In this document: positions 20,901-27,084 of the stretch, in pieces
How positions within the stretch are numbered: position 1 is the stretch's first letter
Layout of the letters: each line of letters opens with the position of its first letter
Source of the DNA: a virus
Lineage: Duplodnaviria; Caudoviricetes
Virus record (IMG/VR): IMGVR_UViG_3300048886_000068
Location: 1 to 28,568 of that record
DNA: 28,568 nucleotides
Reading direction: 5' to 3' (one strand)
Notes under the pieces: generated by a model
Database searches by the model: none
Told to the model about the DNA's origin: nothing
The model's input: only the letters and a program-made list of their open reading frames with translations
Made by a program: the position numbers and the translations under genes

Positions 20901-21392
20901 GCAGACCATACTAAGCTAGACGGTATAGCAGCGGGTGCAACAGCAAACACTGGTGACATTACAGGAGTAACTGCTGGTACAGGAATGTCTGGTGGCGGTA
21001 CTTCAGGTACTGTTACACTTAACTGTACTATAGATACACCTGCTGAGGTTGGATTAGGAAACTTATCATCTAGTGGTAATAATCTATCAGGAGATTTTGT
21101 TGCTACTGGCAATGTTACAGCGTATTCAGATTTAAGATTAAAATCTAATGTTAATACTATAGAAAACGGTTTGGATAAAGTTTCTAAAATGAGAGGAGTT
21201 ACTTATACTAAAGATTTCGAATCTGGAAGCGGGGTCATTGCGCAGGAACTAGAAAAAATCGCCCCAGAACTAGTACAAGATGGTAAGTACAAATCAGTAG
21301 CTTATGGAAATATTGTAGGGTATTTAATCGAAGCAATTAAAGAATTAAAAGATAAAGTGGAGGAATTAGAAAATGGGAACTCTTCAAAGTAG
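11946..21392 (+). CDS. Giant tail tip protein: gpI-like domain, gpJ-like host specificity core, repeat arrays, fiber and C-terminal S74 intramolecular chaperone
   Basis: N-terminal RKIYLNGEM...IIITPIPAGSK...GDPVPILYGELRV (gpI). DIISEGPIYGL, YPYTA, YTNNPAWVFYDILTNSRYGLG, IARYCDELVPDG and EPRFT (gpJ). C-terminal YSDLRLK...GVIAQELE...LIEAIKEL (S74). Confidence 0.9.
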   Translation: MARKIYLNGEMSNKFGTVHPFVGDTVHDAIRLINANNPEFKPYLIKCMEDNIDFSITVHGKELVDARECLLPLKEGDIIITPIPAGSKSGGAKILAAAAIAILLFTPAGPALWAAAGLPGGSAAVAAGTGMEALAAAGTFGGYVGYGASLLAIQLAVAGIQQLMAPDPATDQEDPEGYMLSGSQQNIVAGDPVPILYGELRVPGQPVSFEVKNTRSHLRSEVTTWDNDLLMSDDVHNDPMTMHEEGKNAKGEYLNTHREVIQEWGTTYGSREELYGRSQDMLITDIISEGPIYGLVNASSSVYLNGDSAVDVGDAAVNATQTAARFVVTDGDDEVTFKQNDQSIVIPQSDSPRYLNITDYKTQEDVTTVKAASMTASYNSGIKITTDAGFFPAPYNTSPVTNNAWGWQGGNPEASVTFRLSLDGVVKFTGHFTKFISSSVAYADSSSYNLPPQFDHTRTDYKIHVDYAVEIESVTELDEATGTQTITLVEEFDGDDSGTDGVKANVTGANRNIGDIQAGVGKSVKYDGFSCNFLTGKLAQEGFPNPGGTGLGSVAIASNYNSEITGPLDLGGDQSTKELQGTVAFGLSATQAREVDEIRVLFKYTALINTSENGNLHDGKAFYTMAMSLDKGTGFEAYTPINGRTWDTGTATGNPLRHVGQSKTALAAEEVIDMTQYQPFNDFKLKIVRLSEKDRAYYNSFSQPHNYHYTSNTQCTIGSLNSILKENLIYPYTAMAKTTINTSSFTSPPKRMYHCKGMKVQVPTNYVTRDESNNGVANYRRIDEESIHATQYQDWDGELRENLVYTNNPAWVFYDILTNSRYGLGAWMGTQDIDKFALYRIARYCDELVPDGNGGTEPRFTTNVYFRKATDAYKVLKDLATTFRGMLYWLDGNLFPVMDEPKEPVYNFTSGNVIDGLFSYESTGSKTRSNQVSVTWTNPKLNYQKEAILVEDKENIISTGRIISQNAVAFGAVSEGQAIRYGRWKLWTAKNQTEVVSFSTFISTAFLAPGDVVNIQDAARSPSKVQYSGRIATETGVGANTSTTEITLDRSITLITGSTYELSVLMEEPAVFLTQETAVITGVTYNRGDLLAGEYTESEALNIIQTTSSNAPILADGLEQPVTVAWQPHTRVETRDVSTSSGSTTDLTVSPAFSSAPASQTIWAVKETTAEDLEVHGSKKPYKILSIAESGGSKYNITAVEHYNEKFTELDKDFVLSIDDPVWPALSPSDVVPPPTNFYAVIQNLNEFGAIPNDVSLHWDLPTVSDSDVSTVYQHVKHYEIWHDIPSTPNPLKVTTNNTGVKMNVGNGVYTIGIKTVNDLDSVSVFSNIITITIGDDVNPLVQRQFGIPVGGTISRAIFLASTTGPTTHKFRITNPAYKFKAIGAPSRVIVPSNTADNNIQNISDIDTYTYTGKTETEKDLAHHYVFFDASDTSDHLKLIKYTKDTDLGINYWYDTGTGDTTASANFNVAGSGTVTIAADSERVVGTSTAFETDYNVGDIIYFSTTKAARIAHIADDEDMRIQGTFPTATSGNHYPNKFKFDANADSIIAWAENDTTDGFDIQSINLIIDETLNTRLADLDFVPSILNFDGADPPELIEDYDYLVPTARAIGFDNPEFKLIGDGFSQTTSNADSSFTNNGTNTYTRNLAKVDTHGTTDMIFTILIRETDDPDNLAKQANKTVTVPFVKAGASTYTWIKYASNSTGTADFGDTYIAGTTLYIGMAFNKVTDVESTTPGDYTWSLIEATDGLPGGSGDDGASINIVFKRAATAPSTPSNSTGSVPSGWSDDPPSGTDLLWASRGKKAVGSSVYIWTTPFQIEGEAHAEVYIYRLNNNTAPSGGSYNFTTNTLTVPSGWVKDPPSLAANDDKVYVSVGLASGANTATAATVDWGAVALYAQRTDGIEGHKTGTATLFQVNSSNSTPPGDPNGDLTYTFATGVVSGSNFNGWSNDRPDTSASNPYRWVILGPASSSGTSDIITSGDWAGAVLDSAEGYQSATVYLYQRNNNTVSSPDEPSGNLTYTFSTKALSNGNLDGWSQTIPSTGDYIHVTTAIALAVNSATSDVIASGDWADPVVLAQKGDQADGYIELNIYRRATDEPDTPTGGSYNFDTKVFTRPDDWTSYIPGGTTPAWISTGVAEMPGSTGTDTSLGWSDPASVSGEGAAGPRTSTGYVHYNTHGTPAAQPGTSATYDYDTGVVGGMTTNWQNSPPIYSSPNEDYYYASYTVTEDEYEGDETVVFGTAAVGMGFSTLVTFTESAPGGSFSHIDGGYISTDVIQSHGYTFPSGTENDPDGYSDSGMKIDLRTGKKGIRSPAFYIDAENGDAVFSGTIDGADGIFKGSLLVGTGADQFNVNTAGIYLGDAVFNNAEFSVNPAGYLKASSGNIGGWDISTTKLSGGTSASTIKLEPTTGITIGTANDIFRASSLGIQLGHDTFTSAPFHVDPQGCMTASDVTLTGYGNNTLECASIKIIGSDKVDIGNNVQLTVGDDTYNVVGSFVDTGTADAAALVGIGSEIGGAFRGAEGGLYADSGGGGDGWGWVGHSSAGVYANSLLLDGWGASINGNSSSGWLQHDGTWTTPTGTLPTQSDPGTVDKFLQSDGTDASWVTAGGTGTVTSVATGNGLTGGPITTTGTISIPDNAIGTDELNVTGDGNTLQFLRSDGDGSFTWALPAFTPGADSINDTHIDWGTGTNQVSTADVPENTNLYYTDARVNTHLNTGTASTNEVLSWNGSDYDWVAQSGGGGGGDITAVVAGTGLSGGATSGSATVNLANTAVSAGTYGSETLSAQITIDAQGRITGATNKTISGGGGDNYYLSSITQPTSGNSYTATWVMSGTTDRSIVFGANAFNSTTIPTNNNQLTNGANYTTNIGDITGVTAGAGLSGGGTSGTVTLTNSGVTSIAAGSGISVSGATGAVTVTATGGGGSGLSLGETSSTAYRGDRGKTAYDHSQAAHAPSNATDDQTAAEIIALVGTGDGKLTTKDFTAADHTKLDGIAAGATANTGDITGVTAGTGMSGGGTSGTVTLNCTIDTPAEVGLGNLSSSGNNLSGDFVATGNVTAYSDLRLKSNVNTIENGLDKVSKMRGVTYTKDFESGSGVIAQELEKIAPELVQDGKYKSVAYGNIVGYLIEAIKELKDKVEELENGNSSK
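17220..18690 (+). repeat. About six degenerate 70-100 aa protein repeats within the tip protein
   Basis: Recurring pattern (I/L)(Y/F)xR...P..P.G..(S/T)Y.F.T...GW...P..., e.g. PSGGSYNFTTNTL, PNGDLTYTFATG, PSGNLTYTFSTK, PTGGSYNFDTKV. Boundaries approximate. Confidence 0.7.
20553..21021 (+). repeat. Pair of 70-bp direct repeats (20553-20622 and 20952-21021) encoding GDITGVTAGxGxSGGGTSGTVTL
   Basis: Both share ATTACAGGAGTAACTGCTGGT and GGTACTTCAGGTACTGTTACACTTA; more diverged copies lie near 19770, 20180 and 20630. Confidence 0.85.
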
Positions 21393-22449
21393 TGGAGGTA
21401 TTTCTATAGGGGATTTACGAACTCATTTCGGGGGTCCCACACCTAGTGGTATGAATGCGTATTATAAAGGAGGCTCTTATGTACCTAATACTGTTTATAA
21501 TGGAAGTGTTCCTTTTTCTGGAAGCTCTATTTCATTAAATCAATTTTATGGTGCATCTAATGAATCTTTTGCTATATCTGTTTCTTCTAATCCTGTCAAT
21601 GAAGGTGGAACTCAAACTATTACTTTAACTACTACTAATGTCGCCGATGGCACCCATATTCATAATAGAACAACTGGTATTCAATCTGCTGATATAGTGG
21701 GAGATCCTCCTTTAGATGGAACATTTGTTGTTTCGGGTAATTCAGCTTCAGCCACTTTTACTGTAAAAGCAGATCTAGTTTCTGATGGCGGTTTCGACAG
21801 TAATGGATACCCAGTAGCTAATAATGAAGTTGCAACTACTACAATATATACAAACAGTAGTCGTAATGTTCCTATAGACTTAAACAATGGTTCTATCAGT
21901 TGGACAATTAATGATACTTCTTTAAGTTGGTATTTAAAAGTTTTAAGCCCTTCTTTAAGTGGTGGAATTTATACTGTAGAAGCTTCAGGAAGTGAAGTGA
22001 CAACTGCAGATAACTCAGGATATACTACTGCTGCCGTAGATGTTAGAGCAGGTAGTACTGGCACATTTAAAATACAAGGAGATCTTAATGATCCTAGTTA
22101 TTCAGTAGCTGCTGACCTTGATACTAGTTATGGCAATAGCGGCAGATTAGTTACTGCTGACAATGGCAATTCTCAATACTCAGCAAATCAAAATTTAACT
22201 TTTGGTGATGGCAATATTTATAGTCAAGGTAGTTGGGGAGATAATACAGCCCAACCTTCTCTTTTTATCTCCCGTGACGGCACATTTCCAGATGGACTGT
22301 CGGTCGCTAATAGCCCCTATGTTTTTACGATAAAAGAAAGAGGTAGATTTGTATTATCTGAAATTGGAGGCACTGGAAGAGTTCTTTATTCTCCTTATTG
22401 CATATTTAAAACCACACACACTTTAGAAGTATCGGCCCTTGGAGGATAG
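21373..22449 (+). CDS. Putative fiber-tip adhesin with Ig/Calx-beta-like domain
   Basis: Overlaps the end of the S74 gene. N-terminal LQSSGGISIGDLRTHFGG...ISLNQFYGAS motif, followed by beta-rich SNPVNEGGTQTITLTTTNVADGT. Confidence 0.6.
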   Translation: MGTLQSSGGISIGDLRTHFGGPTPSGMNAYYKGGSYVPNTVYNGSVPFSGSSISLNQFYGASNESFAISVSSNPVNEGGTQTITLTTTNVADGTHIHNRTTGIQSADIVGDPPLDGTFVVSGNSASATFTVKADLVSDGGFDSNGYPVANNEVATTTIYTNSSRNVPIDLNNGSISWTINDTSLSWYLKVLSPSLSGGIYTVEASGSEVTTADNSGYTTAAVDVRAGSTGTFKIQGDLNDPSYSVAADLDTSYGNSGRLVTADNGNSQYSANQNLTFGDGNIYSQGSWGDNTAQPSLFISRDGTFPDGLSVANSPYVFTIKERGRFVLSEIGGTGRVLYSPYCIFKTTHTLEVSALGG

Positions 22450-22450
22450 A

Positions 22451-22549
22451 AAAAATAATTTTTTTACTTTAGAATCACAACTGAAGAGGTAGCAAAAAAA
22501 ATTTCTTGACATAAAATGTCAGGCTTGCTATAATAACAGCATGGAGAAT
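22451..22549 (+). repeat. 99-bp intergenic direct repeat, copy 1
   Basis: Ungapped match to 27830-27928 with 6 mismatches by manual alignment. Confidence 0.95.
22506..22534 (+). promoter_or_regulatory. Consensus sigma70-type promoter within repeat copy 1
   Basis: TTGACA (22506-22511), 17-nt spacer, TATAAT (22529-22534); A tract upstream; GGAG RBS at 22543. Confidence 0.9.
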
Positions 22550-22553
22550 TTAG

Positions 22554-22892
22554 ATGACCGCAGCAGCTTATAACTTAAAGATAGATCAAGGGTCAGACTT
22601 TGCCCTCGACTTAGTTGTAAAAGAAGATGATGTAGCAAAGGATCTTACTGGTTATTCAGCTAGAGCACAGATGCGGAATACCAAAGGGGCTTCTACAGTA
22701 GCAGCTACTTTTACTTGTACTTTACCTGATCCTAGTGCAGGAGAGGTAAAAATGCAATTAACAAATTCAGCTTCATCCGCTATATCTGCGGGAAAGTATT
22801 ACTATGACTTAGAAATATATACTGCTTCAGATGTAATAGTTAGTAGATTAATGGAAGGAACAGTTATTTTAACACCGGAGGTAACTAGATAA
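22554..22892 (+). CDS. Fiber collar/adaptor beta-sandwich protein (T5 p132/LtfC or BppU-N-like)
   Basis: 112 aa; motifs YNLKIDQGSDF, DLTGYSARAQMR, GKYYYDLEI and RLMEGTVILTPEVTR; first gene of the fiber cluster. Confidence 0.7.
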   Translation: MTAAAYNLKIDQGSDFALDLVVKEDDVAKDLTGYSARAQMRNTKGASTVAATFTCTLPDPSAGEVKMQLTNSASSAISAGKYYYDLEIYTASDVIVSRLMEGTVILTPEVTR

Positions 22893-23296
22893 TGCCAGGT
22901 CCAATATCAGTAGAGATTACAGAATCTGTAACAGAGATAGTAGCTACAGGTTCGAGTCCTGTTTTAACATTAGCACCCAGACATACGGAAGTAAAAGCTT
23001 ATAATTTAGCGTTACCTGTAGGAGTTACACCAGCGTCAGCAATACTTAGTACAGCATATGGTTCTATAACTGCAACAAATGTGCAGGATGCTTTAGAACA
23101 ATTAGCAGATCAAAGTTTTAGACAAGCTGCTGCACCTACAGGTGCTACTGTAAGCGAAGGTGATACTTGGTATGATACGGATGACGAGGATTTTAAAGTA
23201 TACAGAGAAACATCAACTGGAGTTTTTGAGTGGGTACCAATAATGCTTGGAACCCCTCCAGGAGACTCAGATATAGTTGATGCAGGAGCTTTTTAG
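22892..23296 (+). CDS. Small fiber-proximal/anchor protein
   Basis: TAATG-coupled to the collar gene; motifs ATNVQDALEQL and APT...EGDTWYDT; C-terminal VDAGAF. Confidence 0.55.
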   Translation: MPGPISVEITESVTEIVATGSSPVLTLAPRHTEVKAYNLALPVGVTPASAILSTAYGSITATNVQDALEQLADQSFRQAAAPTGATVSEGDTWYDTDDEDFKVYRETSTGVFEWVPIMLGTPPGDSDIVDAGAF

Positions 23297-23313
23297 CTTA
23301 ATAGAGTAATTCC

Positions 23314-24180
23314 ATGGTACAAATAGTAAAAATTAAACGAAGTAATACTACGGCAGTACCTTCTACCCTTACTAAAGGCGAGTTGGCATATTCTTCTAAC
23401 AGCCATAAATTATTCGTTGGACACCCAGGAGATTCTAGTGTAGAGGTAATTGGCGGTAAGTTATATGTTGATTATCTTGATCATGCTGCAGGTACTTTAA
23501 CTGCTTCTAGTGCTTTGATAACAGATGCTAATAGTAAACTTGACCAATTAAATGTTGATAATTTAACATTTAATGGTAATACTATTAGTTCTACTGATAC
23601 TAATGGTGATATTAATATTAATCCAAATGGCACTGGAAATCTTACTACTTCTGGTGATTTAATTGTTGCAGGTGATTTCACAGTAAACGGTACAACTACT
23701 ACTGTTAATACTTCAACTATGACTGTTGAAGATCCATTATTGGCTTTAGCGTCTGATAATACTGCGACGGACTCTGTAGATATTGGTTTTTACGGATTAT
23801 ATGATACATCGGGTTCACAAGATGCATACTCTGGACTTTTCAGAGATGCGACAGATAAGAAATGGCATTTATTTAAAGATAATCAAGCAGCTCCTGGTAC
23901 AACTGTAAATAAGAATGGAACAGGATACGAAATAGCTACTGTAGTTGCTCACTTAGAAGATAGTTCAGTAGCAATTACAGGCGGTAGCGTAACAGGAATT
24001 ACAGATTTAACCGTATCAGACGGTGGAACAGGACGAAGCTCTTTTACTACAGATGGTATTTTATACGGTGATGGAACTAGCGGCGTAAAGGCCACAGCGG
24101 CTGGAACAGACGGGTACTTGCTCGTATCTAACTCCGGTACTCCCACATGGACAAGCACTGTCGATGGGGGCACTTTCTAA
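23314..24180 (+). CDS. Tail fiber segment protein (N-terminal Mtd_N/hyaluronidase-N-like domain)
   Basis: N-terminal IVKIKRS...LTKGELAY...KLFVG; fiber motifs GDFTVNGTTTTVNT, VEDPLLAL and ITGGSVTGITDL; C-terminal VDGGTF. Confidence 0.7.
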   Translation: MVQIVKIKRSNTTAVPSTLTKGELAYSSNSHKLFVGHPGDSSVEVIGGKLYVDYLDHAAGTLTASSALITDANSKLDQLNVDNLTFNGNTISSTDTNGDININPNGTGNLTTSGDLIVAGDFTVNGTTTTVNTSTMTVEDPLLALASDNTATDSVDIGFYGLYDTSGSQDAYSGLFRDATDKKWHLFKDNQAAPGTTVNKNGTGYEIATVVAHLEDSSVAITGGSVTGITDLTVSDGGTGRSSFTTDGILYGDGTSGVKATAAGTDGYLLVSNSGTPTWTSTVDGGTF

Positions 24181-24657
24181 ATGTCACAAATAATTAAGCT
24201 CAAGCGGTCTAGTACTGCTAGTGCCGAGCCTACTACCGCTCAACTTGCTCTAGGTGAAGTTGCAATTAACACCTATGATGGCAAGATGTACATCAAAAAA
24301 GATGATGGTACTGAAGAGATTATAGAAGTTGGTTCTAGTAGTGGCGGTCTTGTATATGTAAAGACTACTGTTACTGCCACAGCAAATCAAACACTTTTTT
24401 CAGGTCTTACTTATACAGTAGGGCTTGTAGACGTATATATGAACGGGGTCAAATTAGTTGTAGGAACAGATGTGACTGCTGCTAATGGATCAAGTATAAC
24501 ACTGGCCTCTGGAGCAGCAGTAGACGATATTATACAAATAGTTGCATTTGCGGAGTCAGGTAGTTTTCGACAACATATTATTAAAGCAGATGGTGGAAGC
24601 GCTACAACAGCTTATACAAGCGCACAAGTTATAAACGGAGGAAATGCTAGTGGCTGA
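24181..24657 (+). CDS. Short fiber linker protein (Mtd_N-like head plus small beta domain)
   Basis: N-terminal IIKLKRS...LALGEVAINTYDGKMY; internal VDVYMNGVKL...DVTAANGSSITL; C-terminal ADGG...INGGNA. Confidence 0.65.
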   Translation: MSQIIKLKRSSTASAEPTTAQLALGEVAINTYDGKMYIKKDDGTEEIIEVGSSSGGLVYVKTTVTATANQTLFSGLTYTVGLVDVYMNGVKLVVGTDVTAANGSSITLASGAAVDDIIQIVAFAESGSFRQHIIKADGGSATTAYTSAQVINGGNASG

Positions 24658-26248
24658 TGTTATACAAATTAGAAGAGATACTGCATCCAATTGGACTAGT
24701 ACTAATCCTACTTTAGCTAGTGGAGAACTAGCACTTGAAACTGATACTGAAAAACTTAAAGTAGGAGATGGTTCCACAGCTTGGACATCTCTTTCTTACT
24801 ATACATTAGGAACTTTAAACTATGCCCCTTTAGCTGGAGCAACTTTTGCTGGAACAGTAAACGCTCCTACAATTAATGCTAGTACGACACTACAAATTAA
24901 TGGTGCAACAATTACATCAGATGCAAGTGAATTAAGCATACTAGACGGGGTTACAGCAGATAAAGATGAAATCAACAAACTAGATGGTTATACTGGCGAT
25001 GTAACAGACTTAAACAAACTAGCATCAGTAACGTCTTCTGCAACTGAATTAAATTTATTAGATGGTGTTTCTGGACTAGTTCAAGCAGACCTTACAAAAC
25101 TAGCGGCAGTAGACGCTACTGCGAGTGAATTGGATTTATTAAATGATTTATCTAGGGGTTCTATTCTTTATGGAAATACATCTGGAGCGACTACAGTTCT
25201 TACTAAAGGAACAGTGGGGCAACTTCTTAAAAGTGATGGCACAGATATTGCTTGGGGAGATGCTCCTTCAGCGACTGTTGAAGTCACAGACAGCACAGCA
25301 AATATAAATTTTCCTGTAGTTTTTCATAATGAGTCTAATCTACTATTTGATGATACAGGAGCATTACGATATAACCCAAGTACAGGAGAATTATTAGTTC
25401 CTAAACTTACTGTTGCAGGTACAACTACTACAGCGGATACTGTAACCATGAACGCTGCAAATGCTGTAGTATTTGAAGGTGCAACTGCAGACGCTTATGA
25501 AACTACACTTAGTATCATGGATCCAACAGCAGATCATACTCAATATTTAATTAATCAAGGTGGATATATTCCAGTCTTAGCAGCCTCTACAACTACAGCT
25601 ATCACTTCAACTCCTGCTGAATTAAATGTTCTTGACGGTATTCCATTAAGTGTTACATCTACAGAGCTTGCTTATATAGATGGAGTTACTTCAGCTATTC
25701 AAACTCAATTAGATTCTAAAGGTGCTGTAAATAATTTGACAGATTTAGGCTTAACAGCATCGGCAACTGAGTTAAATTATGTAGATGGAGTTACTTCGTC
25801 TATTCAAACTCAAATTAGTACTCACCATAGTTCTGCTAGTCCCCATGCCTATTTAGGTACTCCTACTACTGGAAATTTGAGCAATTGTACTGTTGATGGA
25901 ACAAACGGGGTTGGTTTTAAAAACGTACCACAAAATTCACAAAGTGTAAATTATACTTGTGTTCTTGCTGATTCAGGAAAGCATATACATCACCCTTCTA
26001 GTGATGCTAATGCAAGAACTTATACACTTCCAGCAAATAGTAGTGTTGCTTATCCGATAGGTACTGCCATTACTTTTACTAATATGACAACTCAAAATCT
26101 TACTATCGCAATAACAGCGGATACTATGTATTTAGCTGGAACAGGGGCACAATCAACAGGAAATAGAACATTAGAATACTATGGAATAGCAACAGCATTA
26201 AAAGTTGATACTACAAAATGGTTGATTTCTGGTAATGGATTAACATAA
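24650..26248 (+). CDS. Tail fiber protein with Mtd_N-like N-terminus and ELNxLDG repeats
   Basis: GGAGG at 24637-24641 is 8 nt from GTG 24650 but only 2 nt from ATG 24644, so GTG is the likelier start. IQIRRDTASNWTSTNPTLASGELALETDT...KVGDGSTAW; C-terminal domain ends WLISGNGLT. Confidence 0.75.
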   Translation: MADVIQIRRDTASNWTSTNPTLASGELALETDTEKLKVGDGSTAWTSLSYYTLGTLNYAPLAGATFAGTVNAPTINASTTLQINGATITSDASELSILDGVTADKDEINKLDGYTGDVTDLNKLASVTSSATELNLLDGVSGLVQADLTKLAAVDATASELDLLNDLSRGSILYGNTSGATTVLTKGTVGQLLKSDGTDIAWGDAPSATVEVTDSTANINFPVVFHNESNLLFDDTGALRYNPSTGELLVPKLTVAGTTTTADTVTMNAANAVVFEGATADAYETTLSIMDPTADHTQYLINQGGYIPVLAASTTTAITSTPAELNVLDGIPLSVTSTELAYIDGVTSAIQTQLDSKGAVNNLTDLGLTASATELNYVDGVTSSIQTQISTHHSSASPHAYLGTPTTGNLSNCTVDGTNGVGFKNVPQNSQSVNYTCVLADSGKHIHHPSSDANARTYTLPANSSVAYPIGTAITFTNMTTQNLTIAITADTMYLAGTGAQSTGNRTLEYYGIATALKVDTTKWLISGNGLT

Positions 26249-26249
26249 T

Positions 26250-27083
26250 ATGAGCGGGATTTTGCAGACGAGCATAGGATCTCTCGGCGGATCAGGAAAT
26301 CCTGAAGGACAACAAGAATATACTAGTCCTGGTACCTATAGTTGGACTGCTCCTACCCATGTTGAGAAAGTGTCTGTTGTTGCTGTTGGTGCAGGAAATT
26401 ATTCTGGTTCTCCATATGCAGGTGGTGGTGGTGGTTTAGGATGGAAGAATAATATAACAGTAGTACCAGGTAATTCATATACTGTAGAGGTTGGTAATTG
26501 GGCGGACGGTGCACAAGCTGGAGATTCATATTTTATTAATGATACCACTGTTAAAGGAGGAGGCGCTGGTTGGGGTGGTTCAGGTGCTCAGTATTATAGG
26601 AATGGTGGAACCTACGTAGGTGATGGTGGTGGTAATGGCGGTTTGGGTGGTCATTCCCCAGGTGGATATGCAGGAGCTGGTGGAGCTGGTGGATACAGCG
26701 GCAATGGTGGCGATGGCGGAATTGACAATAGTGGAGGCGGCGGAACTCGTGGAGCTGCTGGCGGTGGTGTAGGTATATATGGCGAAGGCTCTAGTGGCGC
26801 TGGTGGTGGTTCAGGTGCTTATTCGGGTCAGGATGGCAACGGAGGCGGAGGCGGTGGCGGAGATGGTGATTCCTATGGAAGCTATCCCAACTCAGCAGGT
26901 GGTGGTGGCTCTGGTGGTGAAAATGGAGTGACATCAGGTACACCAGGCGGAAACTTTGGTGGTGGCGTTGGCGATATTGTAGAAACCTTTAGCTGGAATG
27001 GCATAGGTCCAGGAGTCGGAGCTGTAAGAATAATTTGGGGGACTGGTAGATCGTTCCCTAGTAATAATACTGGAGATGTATAA
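26250..27083 (+). CDS. Glycine-rich putative adhesin / receptor-binding protein
   Basis: 277 aa with many polyglycine runs; motifs YTSPGTYSWTAP, VSVVAVGAG, ITVVPGNSYTVEVG and GAVRIIWG. Confidence 0.65.
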   Translation: MSGILQTSIGSLGGSGNPEGQQEYTSPGTYSWTAPTHVEKVSVVAVGAGNYSGSPYAGGGGGLGWKNNITVVPGNSYTVEVGNWADGAQAGDSYFINDTTVKGGGAGWGGSGAQYYRNGGTYVGDGGGNGGLGGHSPGGYAGAGGAGGYSGNGGDGGIDNSGGGGTRGAAGGGVGIYGEGSSGAGGGSGAYSGQDGNGGGGGGGDGDSYGSYPNSAGGGGSGGENGVTSGTPGGNFGGGVGDIVETFSWNGIGPGVGAVRIIWGTGRSFPSNNTGDV

Positions 27084-27084
27084 T

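Noticed and set aside
20553-21021. CRISPR-like array from short direct repeats
   Set aside because: Repeats are in-frame coding motifs with irregular spacing and synonymous variation.
22457-22503. T tract and A tract within the 99-bp repeat as a terminator hairpin
   Set aside because: Pairing is mostly A-T/G-U with a large loop and no GC stem; not supportable as an intrinsic terminator.
329-24777. Short alternative-frame and minus-strand ORFs in the track (e.g. 329..733, 555..779, 951..1211, 2887..3234, 5959..6180, 16254..16634, 20828..21112, 24556..24777)
   Set aside because: All lie within or across well-supported + strand structural genes, lack recognisable motifs, and look like codon-bias shadows.
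19765-27083. Invertible tail fiber shufflon
   Set aside because: All fiber genes are on one strand; no inverted crossover sites, silent reverse cassettes or recombinase gene were seen.
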